Positions 28,200 to 38,600 of a stretch of 64,000 nucleotides of DNA are shown here, in pieces. Source of the stretch: a virus. The notes under the pieces were generated by a model, which was not told where the DNA came from, searched no databases, and saw nothing but the letters and a program-made list of their open reading frames with translations. The position numbers were made by a program, and so were the translations under genes. The stretch lies in IMG/VR virus record IMGVR_UViG_3300030085_004590, positions 1 to 64,000 of that record. The stretch is one strand, 5' to 3'. Positions within the stretch are counted from its first letter, which is position 1. Each line of letters starts with the position of its first letter.

Positions 28200-29144
28200 A
28201 TGCTTTCACAACACGATAAACAACAGGTTATAACAATATTAGATGAGGTGTTGGGCGTTGGTACATCATTAAAAAATGATGAACAAGCTCATTATTGTCC
28301 TTTCTGTCATCACCACAAGAAAAAGTTACAAATTAACTTAAAAACTCAATATTGGCATTGTTGGGTTTGTGATGCGAAAGGTAGAAAGATACAAAGGTTG
28401 TTAAAACGACTTCATGTAGATTCTCGTAAATTAAAGAAAATATACGAAATCTATGGTGATGATTATATTGTTTATAGTAAGGATACCGAAGATGAAAAGG
28501 TAGAGTTAAGGTTACCTAATGAGTTCCAATCATTATTGAAAAAACCAAAGGGTAAATTTAACCCATTATATAAAAAGGCCTTACAATATGCGGAAGAAAG
28601 GGGTATCACTAAAGATGATATTAGACGATATAATATCGGTTATTGTGATTCTGGTCATTATGCCAATAGGATTATTATCCCTTCTTACGATTCTGATAAC
28701 AGACTCAATTACTTCATCGCGAGGTCTGTATTTGCTGAGGAAAAATTTAAATATAAAAATCCGCCAGTTTCGAAAAATGTTATCATCTTCGAAAACCAAA
28801 TAAATTGGAATGAACCAATTACTTTAGTAGAAGGTGTTTTTGATGCACTTGCAGTAAAACGAAATGCAATTCCTATATTGGGTAAATTCGTTCCTAAAAA
28901 ATTAAATGATGCCATATTTAAAAATGAAGTTAAGGGTATTAATATTTTGTTAGATGAAGATGCCCAACAACAAGCGTTACAATACACTATGCAATTTACC
29001 AATCAAGGTATCTCAACAAAAAATATTGTACCATCAGATAAAGATGCATCTGATATGGGATTTTCTGAAGTTAATTCAAAACTTAAAGAATCAACTAAAA
29101 CAGATTTTAGTGATATAATTTCTCAAAAGTTAAAAGGATTATGA
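28200..29144 (+). CDS. DNA primase (DnaG-like)
   Basis: CPFC...HCWVC zinc ribbon, RIIIP, KY.NP, TOPRIM EGVFDA and LDED. Confidence 0.9.
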   Translation: MLSQHDKQQVITILDEVLGVGTSLKNDEQAHYCPFCHHHKKKLQINLKTQYWHCWVCDAKGRKIQRLLKRLHVDSRKLKKIYEIYGDDYIVYSKDTEDEKVELRLPNEFQSLLKKPKGKFNPLYKKALQYAEERGITKDDIRRYNIGYCDSGHYANRIIIPSYDSDNRLNYFIARSVFAEEKFKYKNPPVSKNVIIFENQINWNEPITLVEGVFDALAVKRNAIPILGKFVPKKLNDAIFKNEVKGINILLDEDAQQQALQYTMQFTNQGISTKNIVPSDKDASDMGFSEVNSKLKESTKTDFSDIISQKLKGL

Positions 29145-30286
29145 TTCATGTAATACCACATCATATTGGAAAGGGTTCATACGCTGCATGGTATGGTTGT
29201 ATTGATTGGAGTTTATGTAAAGATTTAACAATACATAAATTTGATACAAAGTATAAAATTGAAAATAAATCGATTGTGGAAGATATGCCACCAAATGATG
29301 ATTATTTTAATATTTTAGAAAATCATATTCAAGAAATAAATCCAAATATGAATGATTGGATTATTTGTGATTTCCAATATGTAAATTATTCAGAACCTGG
29401 TTTTGAAAAAGATATAGTAAAATTATCAAAAAAATATAAAGTAAAATTAGTTTTTATTGATGATGATAATTATCAACCATATACTGATACAGAACATTAT
29501 ACATTTCATTCAAATAAATTCAATTACGAAAATACTACCGAAGTATTTAATTACTATCGATATAGAATTGCAAAAACTAATTGGTATGATAACCTGTACA
29601 AAACACTTTATCCTTTTGTAAAACAAAGGAGACCAAAAAAGATTAATTTTTTTGTTGGGGTAGATAAATTAGAAAGATTGGAAATATACAAGTACATTCA
29701 CAATATTGGTTTAGATAAAGAATCTCATCTAGCATATAGTGGATTCAGTAAAGATTATAGTGATGATAAACTTTCTGATTCGTTATTGGAATGGAGAAAC
29801 AAAAATGTTCCAAAAGTATTGGATACAACTGTTGAAGAAAGTCAAATAGGACAAGTTAATCCAGACTTACCACCTCTTGCATATTGTTTGACAAGTTATG
29901 TTTCTTGTATCATGGAAACTAAAATAATTGTAGATACACATAAATCAGAATTACATTTGAGTGAAAAAAGTTGGAACCCATTTTGTTCTTTTAACATACC
30001 TTTAATACTTGGTTCATATGGAATAAAAAAATATTTAAAAAGATGTGGTTATTGGTTGGCCGATGATTTATTTGATACAAGTGAAAAAGAATCTTTTCGT
30101 GAAATACTTGACCAATATAAATCTAATTTAGATATAATCAACAATATGAGTAATCAAGATTTAAGAGATTATTACATTGGAAATTGGAGTAGATTAGAAC
30201 ACAATTTCTTTAAAATGCAACAACAACAATTTACATTTAATCAAGAAAAATATAAACAACCAAATTTTAACAAAGAGTTACTATAA
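29141..30286 (+). CDS. putative glycosyltransferase (GT10-like motif), paralogue 1
   Basis: I.ET.....SEKS..P....P...G motif shared with 53595, 57153 and 60791. Confidence 0.45.
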   Translation: MIHVIPHHIGKGSYAAWYGCIDWSLCKDLTIHKFDTKYKIENKSIVEDMPPNDDYFNILENHIQEINPNMNDWIICDFQYVNYSEPGFEKDIVKLSKKYKVKLVFIDDDNYQPYTDTEHYTFHSNKFNYENTTEVFNYYRYRIAKTNWYDNLYKTLYPFVKQRRPKKINFFVGVDKLERLEIYKYIHNIGLDKESHLAYSGFSKDYSDDKLSDSLLEWRNKNVPKVLDTTVEESQIGQVNPDLPPLAYCLTSYVSCIMETKIIVDTHKSELHLSEKSWNPFCSFNIPLILGSYGIKKYLKRCGYWLADDLFDTSEKESFREILDQYKSNLDIINNMSNQDLRDYYIGNWSRLEHNFFKMQQQQFTFNQEKYKQPNFNKELL

Positions 30287-30290
30287 AACT

Positions 30291-33200
30291 ATGATAATTA
30301 ATAAAGTTTATCACTTGGCAGATTTACATATTCGTAATCTCCAAAGACACAAAGAATACAGAGGAGTATTCAAAAAATTCTTAAAACAAGTAAAAGAAGA
30401 TAAAATTGAAGATTCGATGATTTATCTTGCGGGGGATATTGCTCACGCCAAAACAGAGATGTCACCAGAGTTGGTAAAAGAAATCTCATGGTTCTTAACA
30501 GAATGTGCCAAGTTAAGAGAAACTATACTTATAACTGGTAACCATGATTGTAACTTAAACAACTCACACAGATTAGATGTTCTTACACCTATTATCGATA
30601 ATCTTCAAAACCCTCGTATTCACTACTTGCGTGATACTGGCGTGTATAATATACATAATCTTACTTTTGTTGTGTATTCCATCATGGATAACAAAGAGAA
30701 TTGGCCGAAAGGCAAAGATGTAGAGGGTGATAATAAAATCGTTTTATTTCATGGACCAGTAAACAAAGCACAAACTGATATTGGATATACAGTTTCATCA
30801 AACTCATTCAAAGTAGATATGTTTGATGGATTTGATATGGCAATGTTAGGTGATATTCACAAAAGACAAACATTTGGCGAAGGATATGAGTGGGTTGCCT
30901 ACGCAGGTTCAATGATTCAACAGAATCATGGAGAACTACTCGAAAATCATGGTTACTTATTGTGGGATATACCCACTCGAACCTTCACCGAACATCACAT
31001 TCATAATGAATATGGATTCTTAACAGTTGATGTTGTTAATGGAAAAATACCACAATGGGTTTACGATGAAGTTGGTACTAAACTTCCAAAGTATCCAAGA
31101 TTAAGATTGAGGTTTACAAAAACCGAAGCAAGTGATATGAAGAAAAAAATAACTGAATTAAAAAAGTTATTTAAAGTTGCTGAAGTTACTGTAACAAGAA
31201 CCGATACAATAGGACAACTTAAAACAAATCAAAAAGTAAACAAAAACATCGTTGGTGATGTTAAAAACGAAACTTTTCAAAACCAACTGATTAGAGATTA
31301 CTTGGAAAGACAATACCTACTAGAAGATTCAGAGTTAGATAAGATTGCAGAAATCAATTCAGAACTAAACTCACAAATAGATGATTCAGAAATAGCAGAA
31401 AACATTTTATGGACACCAAAGGAGTTTGAGTTTTCTAATATGTTTTCATATGGAGAAAATAACTTAGTTCGTTTTGAAAAGGCACAAGGTATTATGGGAA
31501 TCTTTGCTCCTAATGCAAGTGGTAAATCATCTCTTTTTGATGCACTATCATTTTGTATTTACGATAAAACTTCTCGTACCGCATCTTCAAAGAATATTCT
31601 TAATAATCGTAAAGATAACTTTTATTGTAAGTTTAACTTTGAAATCAATGGAGTGGATTATTACATCGAAAGACGTGCTAAATGGACAAGAAAGGGTACA
31701 AACCTAAAAGTAGATGTAAACTTCTGGAGAGAGGATGCTGGCGTGGTAGAATCACTTAATGGTGAACAAAGAAGAGAAACTAATAAAAACATTGAAAAGT
31801 ATCTTGGTAAGTTTGAAGATTTTGTATTAACTACATTATCACTACAAGGAAACAACGCACTCTTTATTGATAAATCACAATCGGAAAGAAAAGAAATACT
31901 CTCACAATTTATTGGAGTAGATATCTTTGATAAATTATATCAAAAGGCTGCAGATGAGAATCGAGATAATGCAACACTTATCAGAAAATTCAAGTCCGAT
32001 GATTTTACTCAAAAACTAGCTGACATCGACATTGATTTAAAATCTGATAAAAACGAATATAAACTTTTAGAGATGTCCCAAAAGGCATTAAAAGAGGAAG
32101 AAGAACTTTTGAATAAAAAGATTATATCTCTCAATGAAAAAATAGTAAAGTTAAATGCCGATAGTGGAGTATCGATTCAAGAGTTGGAAAAGAGATTGGG
32201 CATCCTCGAAAAGAAAAAAGAAGATATAAAAAAACAAAAGGAATCTATTCAAAATAGAATCACTCATAGAGAAGAATTACAAATTGAATTAGATGAAATA
32301 TTAGATAAGTTTGATGAAGAAGATTTAGAAGAGGGAATTACTAAACTAAAATTATCAAAAAGAAAATTAGAACAAATTGATTTAGAGATTGAAAAAATCA
32401 ATATCAAAAAAGATTCTTTATTTGAAAGGAAAGAACATTTGGATTCACACAAGTATAATGAAGAATGTGATATTTGTATGGAAAACTCAAAGTCAATTTT
32501 AGATACGAAAGTAAAAGTAGAAAATGAAATAAAAGATAATAAAGAAAGTTTACAAGAGTTTGAAAAACAAAAACTAGATTTAAATATTGAAATAGATTCT
32601 CTTAAGGGATATGAAAAGGAATGGAGTAATTTTCAAGAAGCACAAGAAAAGGAAGATAAGATTGATAGAGAAATATCTCAACTTATTAACAAGTTATCAA
32701 CAACAGAAACAGAAGAAATTCGTTTAGATACACAAGTTGCACAACAAGAACAACTTATTAAGGAGTATTACAAGAACGAAAAACAGATTAATAAGAACAA
32801 AGAAATAAGAGATGAGATTGGAGGAGTAAGAGAAAAACAAACTTCAGTTAAGGATGAATTGAAAACAATAAATTCAGATGTTCTTAAATTAAATGGTAAA
32901 ATATCTGCACTTCAAAATCAAAAAGAAACAATAGAAGATAGAATACAAGAAGTTAAAGATTTAGAAGAACAATCTAAGTTATTTGATTTCTATCTAAATG
33001 CATTATCAAAGGATGGTGTATCTTATGAACTGATTGAAAAGGCATTACCAATGATTGAAGGTGAGGTAAACAATATCCTTGCACAAATAGTAGAGTTTGG
33101 AATGCAGTTAGAGATTGATGGTAAAAACATCAATGCATATCTTGTATATGGAGACCAAAGATGGAGTTTGGAAATGTGTAGTGGTATGGAAAGGTTTATT

Positions 33201-33449
33201 AGTGGTTTAGCAATTAGAGTTGCTCTAATCAATGTATGTAACCTACCAAGACCTAATTTCCTTGTAATAGATGAAGGATTCGGTACATTAGATAGTGAAA
33301 ACCTACAATCTCTATTTATGTTGTTTACATACCTAAAAACTCAGTTTGATTTCGTAATGGTAATATCACATATCGATTCAATGAGAGATGTTGTAGATGG
33401 TCTTATAGAGATTAAAAAAGAAAAAGGATTTTCCCAAGTAAAATTTTAA
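30291..33449 (+). CDS. fused Mre11/SbcD (gp47) nuclease and Rad50/SbcC (gp46) ATPase
   Basis: ADLH, GD, GNHD and GDIH phosphoesterase motifs; Walker A NASGKS; coiled coil with CDIC hook; SGME signature; IDEGFG.LD. Confidence 0.92.
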   Translation: MIINKVYHLADLHIRNLQRHKEYRGVFKKFLKQVKEDKIEDSMIYLAGDIAHAKTEMSPELVKEISWFLTECAKLRETILITGNHDCNLNNSHRLDVLTPIIDNLQNPRIHYLRDTGVYNIHNLTFVVYSIMDNKENWPKGKDVEGDNKIVLFHGPVNKAQTDIGYTVSSNSFKVDMFDGFDMAMLGDIHKRQTFGEGYEWVAYAGSMIQQNHGELLENHGYLLWDIPTRTFTEHHIHNEYGFLTVDVVNGKIPQWVYDEVGTKLPKYPRLRLRFTKTEASDMKKKITELKKLFKVAEVTVTRTDTIGQLKTNQKVNKNIVGDVKNETFQNQLIRDYLERQYLLEDSELDKIAEINSELNSQIDDSEIAENILWTPKEFEFSNMFSYGENNLVRFEKAQGIMGIFAPNASGKSSLFDALSFCIYDKTSRTASSKNILNNRKDNFYCKFNFEINGVDYYIERRAKWTRKGTNLKVDVNFWREDAGVVESLNGEQRRETNKNIEKYLGKFEDFVLTTLSLQGNNALFIDKSQSERKEILSQFIGVDIFDKLYQKAADENRDNATLIRKFKSDDFTQKLADIDIDLKSDKNEYKLLEMSQKALKEEEELLNKKIISLNEKIVKLNADSGVSIQELEKRLGILEKKKEDIKKQKESIQNRITHREELQIELDEILDKFDEEDLEEGITKLKLSKRKLEQIDLEIEKINIKKDSLFERKEHLDSHKYNEECDICMENSKSILDTKVKVENEIKDNKESLQEFEKQKLDLNIEIDSLKGYEKEWSNFQEAQEKEDKIDREISQLINKLSTTETEEIRLDTQVAQQEQLIKEYYKNEKQINKNKEIRDEIGGVREKQTSVKDELKTINSDVLKLNGKISALQNQKETIEDRIQEVKDLEEQSKLFDFYLNALSKDGVSYELIEKALPMIEGEVNNILAQIVEFGMQLEIDGKNINAYLVYGDQRWSLEMCSGMERFISGLAIRVALINVCNLPRPNFLVIDEGFGTLDSENLQSLFMLFTYLKTQFDFVMVISHIDSMRDVVDGLIEIKKEKGFSQVKF

Positions 33450-33450
33450 T

Positions 33451-34332
33451 ATGAGAATAGTAGTAACAGGTGGTTTAGGATTTATTGGTTCATCATTCGT
33501 GGATTTGTGTGTTAGTAAAGGTATTGAAGTTTTAGTTATTGATAAAATGACATACGCATCAAACGAGGATTGGTTACCAATTGATACTGAATTATTAGTA
33601 AGTGATATATGTGATGTAACTGAAGAAGATTTAGGTGAATATGATTACCTTGTAAACTTTGCAGCAGAATCTCATGTAGATAGAAGTATCAAAGATGGGT
33701 TACCATTTGTAAAATCAAACATACAAGGAACATATAATCTTTTAGAACTTGCAAGAAAAAATCCTAAATTAAAAAAGTTTGTACAAATCAGTACCGATGA
33801 AGTTTATGGTGATTTAGAATTTCTATTTGTTGATGAAGTAGATGAAACTCACGAATTAAAACCATCATCTTATTATTCATCAACCAAAGCATCCGCAGAT
33901 TTAATTGTACAAAGTTGTGGACACACTTATGGTCTACCTTATCTTATAACAAGAACTTGTAACAACTTTGGAATCAGGCAACATAGTGAAAAATTTATTC
34001 CTACGATTATTGATTGTATAAAAAACAAAAAAGAAATACCAATGTATGGAGATGGAAAACAAGTTAGAGAATGGATTTGGGTAGAAGATAATGTTAGACA
34101 GGTATTGAGGTATATGTTAGATACAGATGAAGGAATCCGAAATATCGGTTCTAAGGAACGATTAACTAATAAACATATAATCCAACAAGTAGGAGAAATT
34201 CTTAATATAGAACCTCTTATAACATCAGTAGAGGATAGATTAGGACATGATAGAAGATATGGATTAAAAACAAACTACAAAGAAACACCAATAACTAAAA
34301 CTTTATTTGAATATGTTAGTGAAATTAAATGA
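33451..34332 (+). CDS. rmlB: dTDP-glucose 4,6-dehydratase
   Basis: TGGLGFIG, FAAESHVDRS, STDEVYG, Y.STK and DRLGHDRRY. Confidence 0.92.
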   Translation: MRIVVTGGLGFIGSSFVDLCVSKGIEVLVIDKMTYASNEDWLPIDTELLVSDICDVTEEDLGEYDYLVNFAAESHVDRSIKDGLPFVKSNIQGTYNLLELARKNPKLKKFVQISTDEVYGDLEFLFVDEVDETHELKPSSYYSSTKASADLIVQSCGHTYGLPYLITRTCNNFGIRQHSEKFIPTIIDCIKNKKEIPMYGDGKQVREWIWVEDNVRQVLRYMLDTDEGIRNIGSKERLTNKHIIQQVGEILNIEPLITSVEDRLGHDRRYGLKTNYKETPITKTLFEYVSEIK

Positions 34333-34759
34333 ATTCCAAGATGATAGGGGTTCTCTTACTTGTATAGATACAAAAAAATGGGACCAAGTTAATATAAGTA
34401 AAAATTTAAAAGAATTTACTTTTCGAGGAATGCACTATCAAAACAATCCTAGGCAAGAAAAACAAATAATTGTAACCAAAGGAAAGATAATTGATTTTAT
34501 TTATAATTTAAAAACTAAAACATTAGAAGCGTATTATTTAAATGAAGGTGAATGTGTTTGGGTAAATAAATATTCTGCACATGGATTCCTAACATTAGAA
34601 GATGATACAACAGTAACTTATTTAGTAAAAGGAAAATACAACCCTAAAGAAGAAAAATCCATTGTTTGGAAAGATATCCCTCATTTAAAAACAATAATAT
34701 TATCTCAATGCAAAGATAAAGATTTAATAATATCTAAAAAAGATAGTGAGGGAAAGTGA
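34307..34759 (+). CDS. rmlC: dTDP-4-dehydrorhamnose 3,5-epimerase-like
   Basis: D.RG, Q.N.S, RGMHYQ, AHGFLTL and S.KD. Confidence 0.8.
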   Translation: MNMLVKLNEFQDDRGSLTCIDTKKWDQVNISKNLKEFTFRGMHYQNNPRQEKQIIVTKGKIIDFIYNLKTKTLEAYYLNEGECVWVNKYSAHGFLTLEDDTTVTYLVKGKYNPKEEKSIVWKDIPHLKTIILSQCKDKDLIISKKDSEGK

Positions 34760-35394
34760 AAAAAGTTTTCTTAAATAAAAATTTATTAGAAGGTACTTTA
34801 CCTATCTACTACAAAGATGGTCAAAATGGTGGTGGTATAATGTGGGTAGATGAGATGAAAGATTATACTTTTCCAAAAATGAATAAAGTTATGGAAATGT
34901 GTAGTGGACCAGGATTTATGGGCTTTTACTTACATAACAAATATAAAACAGAAAAATTAATTCTTGTAGATATTCACAAACCCCTCGAAGAATCAATCAA
35001 TAAAACTAATAAAGAAAATAATTTAAATGCTGAATTTTATCTAAGTGATGCATTTGAACAATATGATGGTGATAAAGTAGATTTTATAGTTTCAAATCCA
35101 CCTCACATAACTTCAGAAAAAGATTTACAAGTATTTTACGATTCAGATAATAATATTGATTCTGATAAAAAAAGAATATTATTTGATAAAGATTTTGAAT
35201 TTCACAAAAAGTTTCTTGGTAAATTAGATAATTATCTTACAAGTGGTGGTTATTTATTTTTACTTGAAAATTCAAATTCAATACCAGTCAGTAAGATATT
35301 AGAATTAAACTCAAAACTTGTACTTAAGGAAATCATTCATCACAAAAGTTTTCCTAATGTTTACTCCGCACTATTTCAATTACTTAACTCGTAA
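34756..35394 (+). CDS. class I SAM-dependent methyltransferase (NPPH type)
   Basis: EMCSGPG motif I; IVSNPPH motif IV. Confidence 0.8.
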   Translation: MKKVFLNKNLLEGTLPIYYKDGQNGGGIMWVDEMKDYTFPKMNKVMEMCSGPGFMGFYLHNKYKTEKLILVDIHKPLEESINKTNKENNLNAEFYLSDAFEQYDGDKVDFIVSNPPHITSEKDLQVFYDSDNNIDSDKKRILFDKDFEFHKKFLGKLDNYLTSGGYLFLLENSNSIPVSKILELNSKLVLKEIIHHKSFPNVYSALFQLLNS

Positions 35395-35538
35395 AACATT
35401 AGTTGGTTTGGGTTTGTTAATTTTTTGTTTAATTAACCTTTCTATCAATCCACTTTTGGTATATCCATACTCACAGCAGTAATCATGCAATTCCCTATAT
35501 AATTCTCTTTTAATTTGTATTGTAGTATATTTTCCCAT
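35380..35538 (-). CDS. putative ribbon-helix-helix DNA-binding protein (52 aa)
   Basis: Read from the minus strand: MGKYTTIQIKRELYRELHDYCCEYGYTKSGLIERLIKQKINKPKPTNVLRVK*. It has a beta strand, helix, G.T.S turn and second helix, as in CopG/Arc. Below the ORF-track cutoff. Confidence 0.7.
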   Translation of the reverse strand: MGKYTTIQIKRELYRELHDYCCEYGYTKSGLIERLIKQKINKPKPTNVLRVK

Positions 35539-35540
35539 AA

Positions 35541-35558
35541 TATATAGATTTCTATATA
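35541..35558. promoter_or_regulatory. perfect inverted repeat, candidate operator
   Basis: TATATAGA-tt-TCTATATA between the divergent RHH and tail-fibre starts. Confidence 0.4.
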
Positions 35559-35610
35559 ATATATATTTAATTATTATTTTTGAAGATATTTATATCATAT
35601 AGGTAAATTT

Positions 35611-38600
35611 ATGGCAATTATAAAATCATTCGCACCGTTTCAGAATTTAACGAACTTCGAAGTGTTCGAAGTAGATAATTCGCCTAATTCTGAGTATTTT
35701 AGAATTACAGAACTAAACGAAACTCTTACTGGTGGTAAAAATGCATTTTTAATTGAAGGTTCAGAACATCTTAAAGAAACAACTGAAGTAAAAATTGAAA
35801 TACTTGATGTTGAAGGAAATCCTATTTATTTTGAACCAGGTAAGGGTACACCAGATTACTACGAAGGAAACTCTACTTTAGTTTCAATGCATGTTTATGA
35901 TGATACACCAATTGGTATCGGTAAAATTACTATACTTGGTGAACTAAAAACATTTGTTGGTGAAGATACAATAACAGATGTTCCTTTAGATTGGCAAGGT
36001 ATTTACAATGTTAAGTGGGAAAGAGATATTCAAATTAATAAAACTCTTGCAAACGAAACTATTGTAAGATTTTATAAAAGACCAATAATTAATATATCTG
36101 AAATTGTAAAACCAATTTTTAATAAAACAATAAACGATTCAGAGGCTACAGGTAGTATCAATGGATTTCCTTTACAACCATCGGCAGGTCAAAGACTATC
36201 AGAATGGAGAGCAGGTACAAATTATTTATTACAAAGAACTTCTGGTACATGGGATGTTGATGTTGATGGTAATAGAATAACAATTACATCTGGTTCAAGT
36301 ACTAATATTGTACATAGTGGAGATATTTTAGAAGTTCTAAGTGATACTGATTTAATAATTGATTCACCTTATGTTGATTCCAATGGTGATGTTACAAATT
36401 TTTCAAATTTTACTGGTTCTGTTGCATACCAAGATATACAAAATGAAACAATAGGAGAAACTTCTATAACAGGTTCTTTTGCAAAAATTGATATCACCCA
36501 ACTAAAAACATTTGTTGGTGATGTTGCAAGAGTAAAGATATTTAGAAAATCAAGAAACGCAGTTGGTGATTTTGCGTTTGTACAAGAAGCAAAATTAGAA
36601 TCACAAGAATTATTAAGAGATGTAACAACTGCAGCAAATACAGAAGTATTCTTCGGTAAGTTTACAGATGATGTACTTTCAAATTATTGGATTAGTTCAT
36701 CTAATGACCACCCAATTACAACAGATTCATCCCAATTATCAAGAGCAGCACATATTGATTATAATAATAGTGCAGGTGGTACTCAACAACTAATTACATC
36801 TCAGTCCATAACTATATCTAAAGATGTAGAATATACTTTAAAATTTAAAACTCTTGTAAGTGGTTCGGTTGATACTGATAAAAGTATTAGAGCATTTTTA
36901 AGTTCTTCTGATTTTACACAAGATTTCTTAACTGTAAGTGGTTCAAGTATATTTCAATCTAAACAAGATATAGAACAAAATATTATTGCTGAAAATAGTG
37001 GAAGTGCAAAATTAGTACTTGAAGTTACTGGTGATGATTGGTATATATCAAATGTTTCTCTTAGAAACGCACAAGATACTTCATTCTCACCAGATGAATT
37101 TACAATCATACAAGATATACCAAGAAAAACTGCAACTGAAACATTTGATTTTAGATTTGAGTTTTATGATGTCAATAATAACTTCATACCTGTAAATGTA
37201 ACTGCAACAAAAGAATTTGATGGTGGTAATGATTTCCCAACAAGTGGTAAATTATTTACTTTTGAATCAGATAGAAATGCATTCAGATTTTCAAGTGGTT
37301 CAATTGGTAATCCACCATTTCAACAAATACAATTTAAAACATCACAAAATAATCTCACAGGTTCAGTAACTTATGCATCTGCAGCATTTGATGTGGATGG
37401 AACTTATATAGACCCAAGTTCATATACTGGAACTTATCCAGGTACACTTACAAGTGTAACACCTGCGGGTTCAATTATAACAATAGCAAACTTTAGTGGT
37501 AGTGATAATACAGTTACAGTTGGTTCAATTGTTTATACCGCATCTTTGGATTCTTTGCAAGAATTTGAAACTATATTTAGATTAGAAGATGGAGATAATG
37601 CACCACAATTAGTAGTAACATCTGATGCAAACCAATTTATTTATGAACCAACAACTCTTTCACCAAAACCAAGTTCTCAATCTATAACTGTTAGGGCACA
37701 AAGAAAAAACTTGGCATCTTTAGTTACACCAATTACAATCAATAGTGGTAGTAACAAACCTGGCCTAACATATGTTGATACTTCAAATGGAATTGATACC
37801 TACACAATTTCAGCAACAGCATTTTCTGAATCCTTTGCATCAAATGATTTTGATTCAGTAACTTATCAATTCACAGGTTCAGATGTTTTTGGAAACGAAC
37901 AATCAGATGAAATTACATTATCGAAAGTAATTAACTTTGATGCGGTTTCTATCATTCTAACAAATGAAGCAACTTCGTTTCAAGCAAAATCAACTGGTGA
38001 AATATTAGGTGGATTGGTTCCATCAAGTGGTTCAGTACAGATGTTTATTGGAAAAAATCAAATTTCACATGATGATGAAAGTGGTGGTAGAAATAAAAAT
38101 ACATTTAATATTACATCTTCAGTTGGTGATAATGTAACTCCGACAGATACAACCCCAAATACTGCTGATTATTCTATATCAGCATTTGAAACTGCAAAAG
38201 ATAGTGGTTCATTAACATTAACAATAGATTATCTTGCAGGTGATAATACTACAACTCAATCATTTGAAAAAGTTGTATCATATACAAAAGCGAAAAAAGC
38301 AGTACCAACTGTTTTAACAAAAGTATCACCTTCAACACAAACGATTAATTCGAGTTCATTAGGATATGAAACTCCACAAACAATGGAAGTAGTTATTCAA
38401 GAGGGTGGAGATGAATATACATTTGATGGAAGTTTATCTGGTGGTGGTGATTCAAATGCACAGAAATTTAATATTACAGGTTTATTTGTAGATTCTGGTT
38501 CAATCAGTAATTCAAATGAAATTTTAACATTCGGTTCACTAACATCATCTTTTAATAGTATGATTGGTTCCGCCTCATTAGCATATGTAGATTCTGAAGG

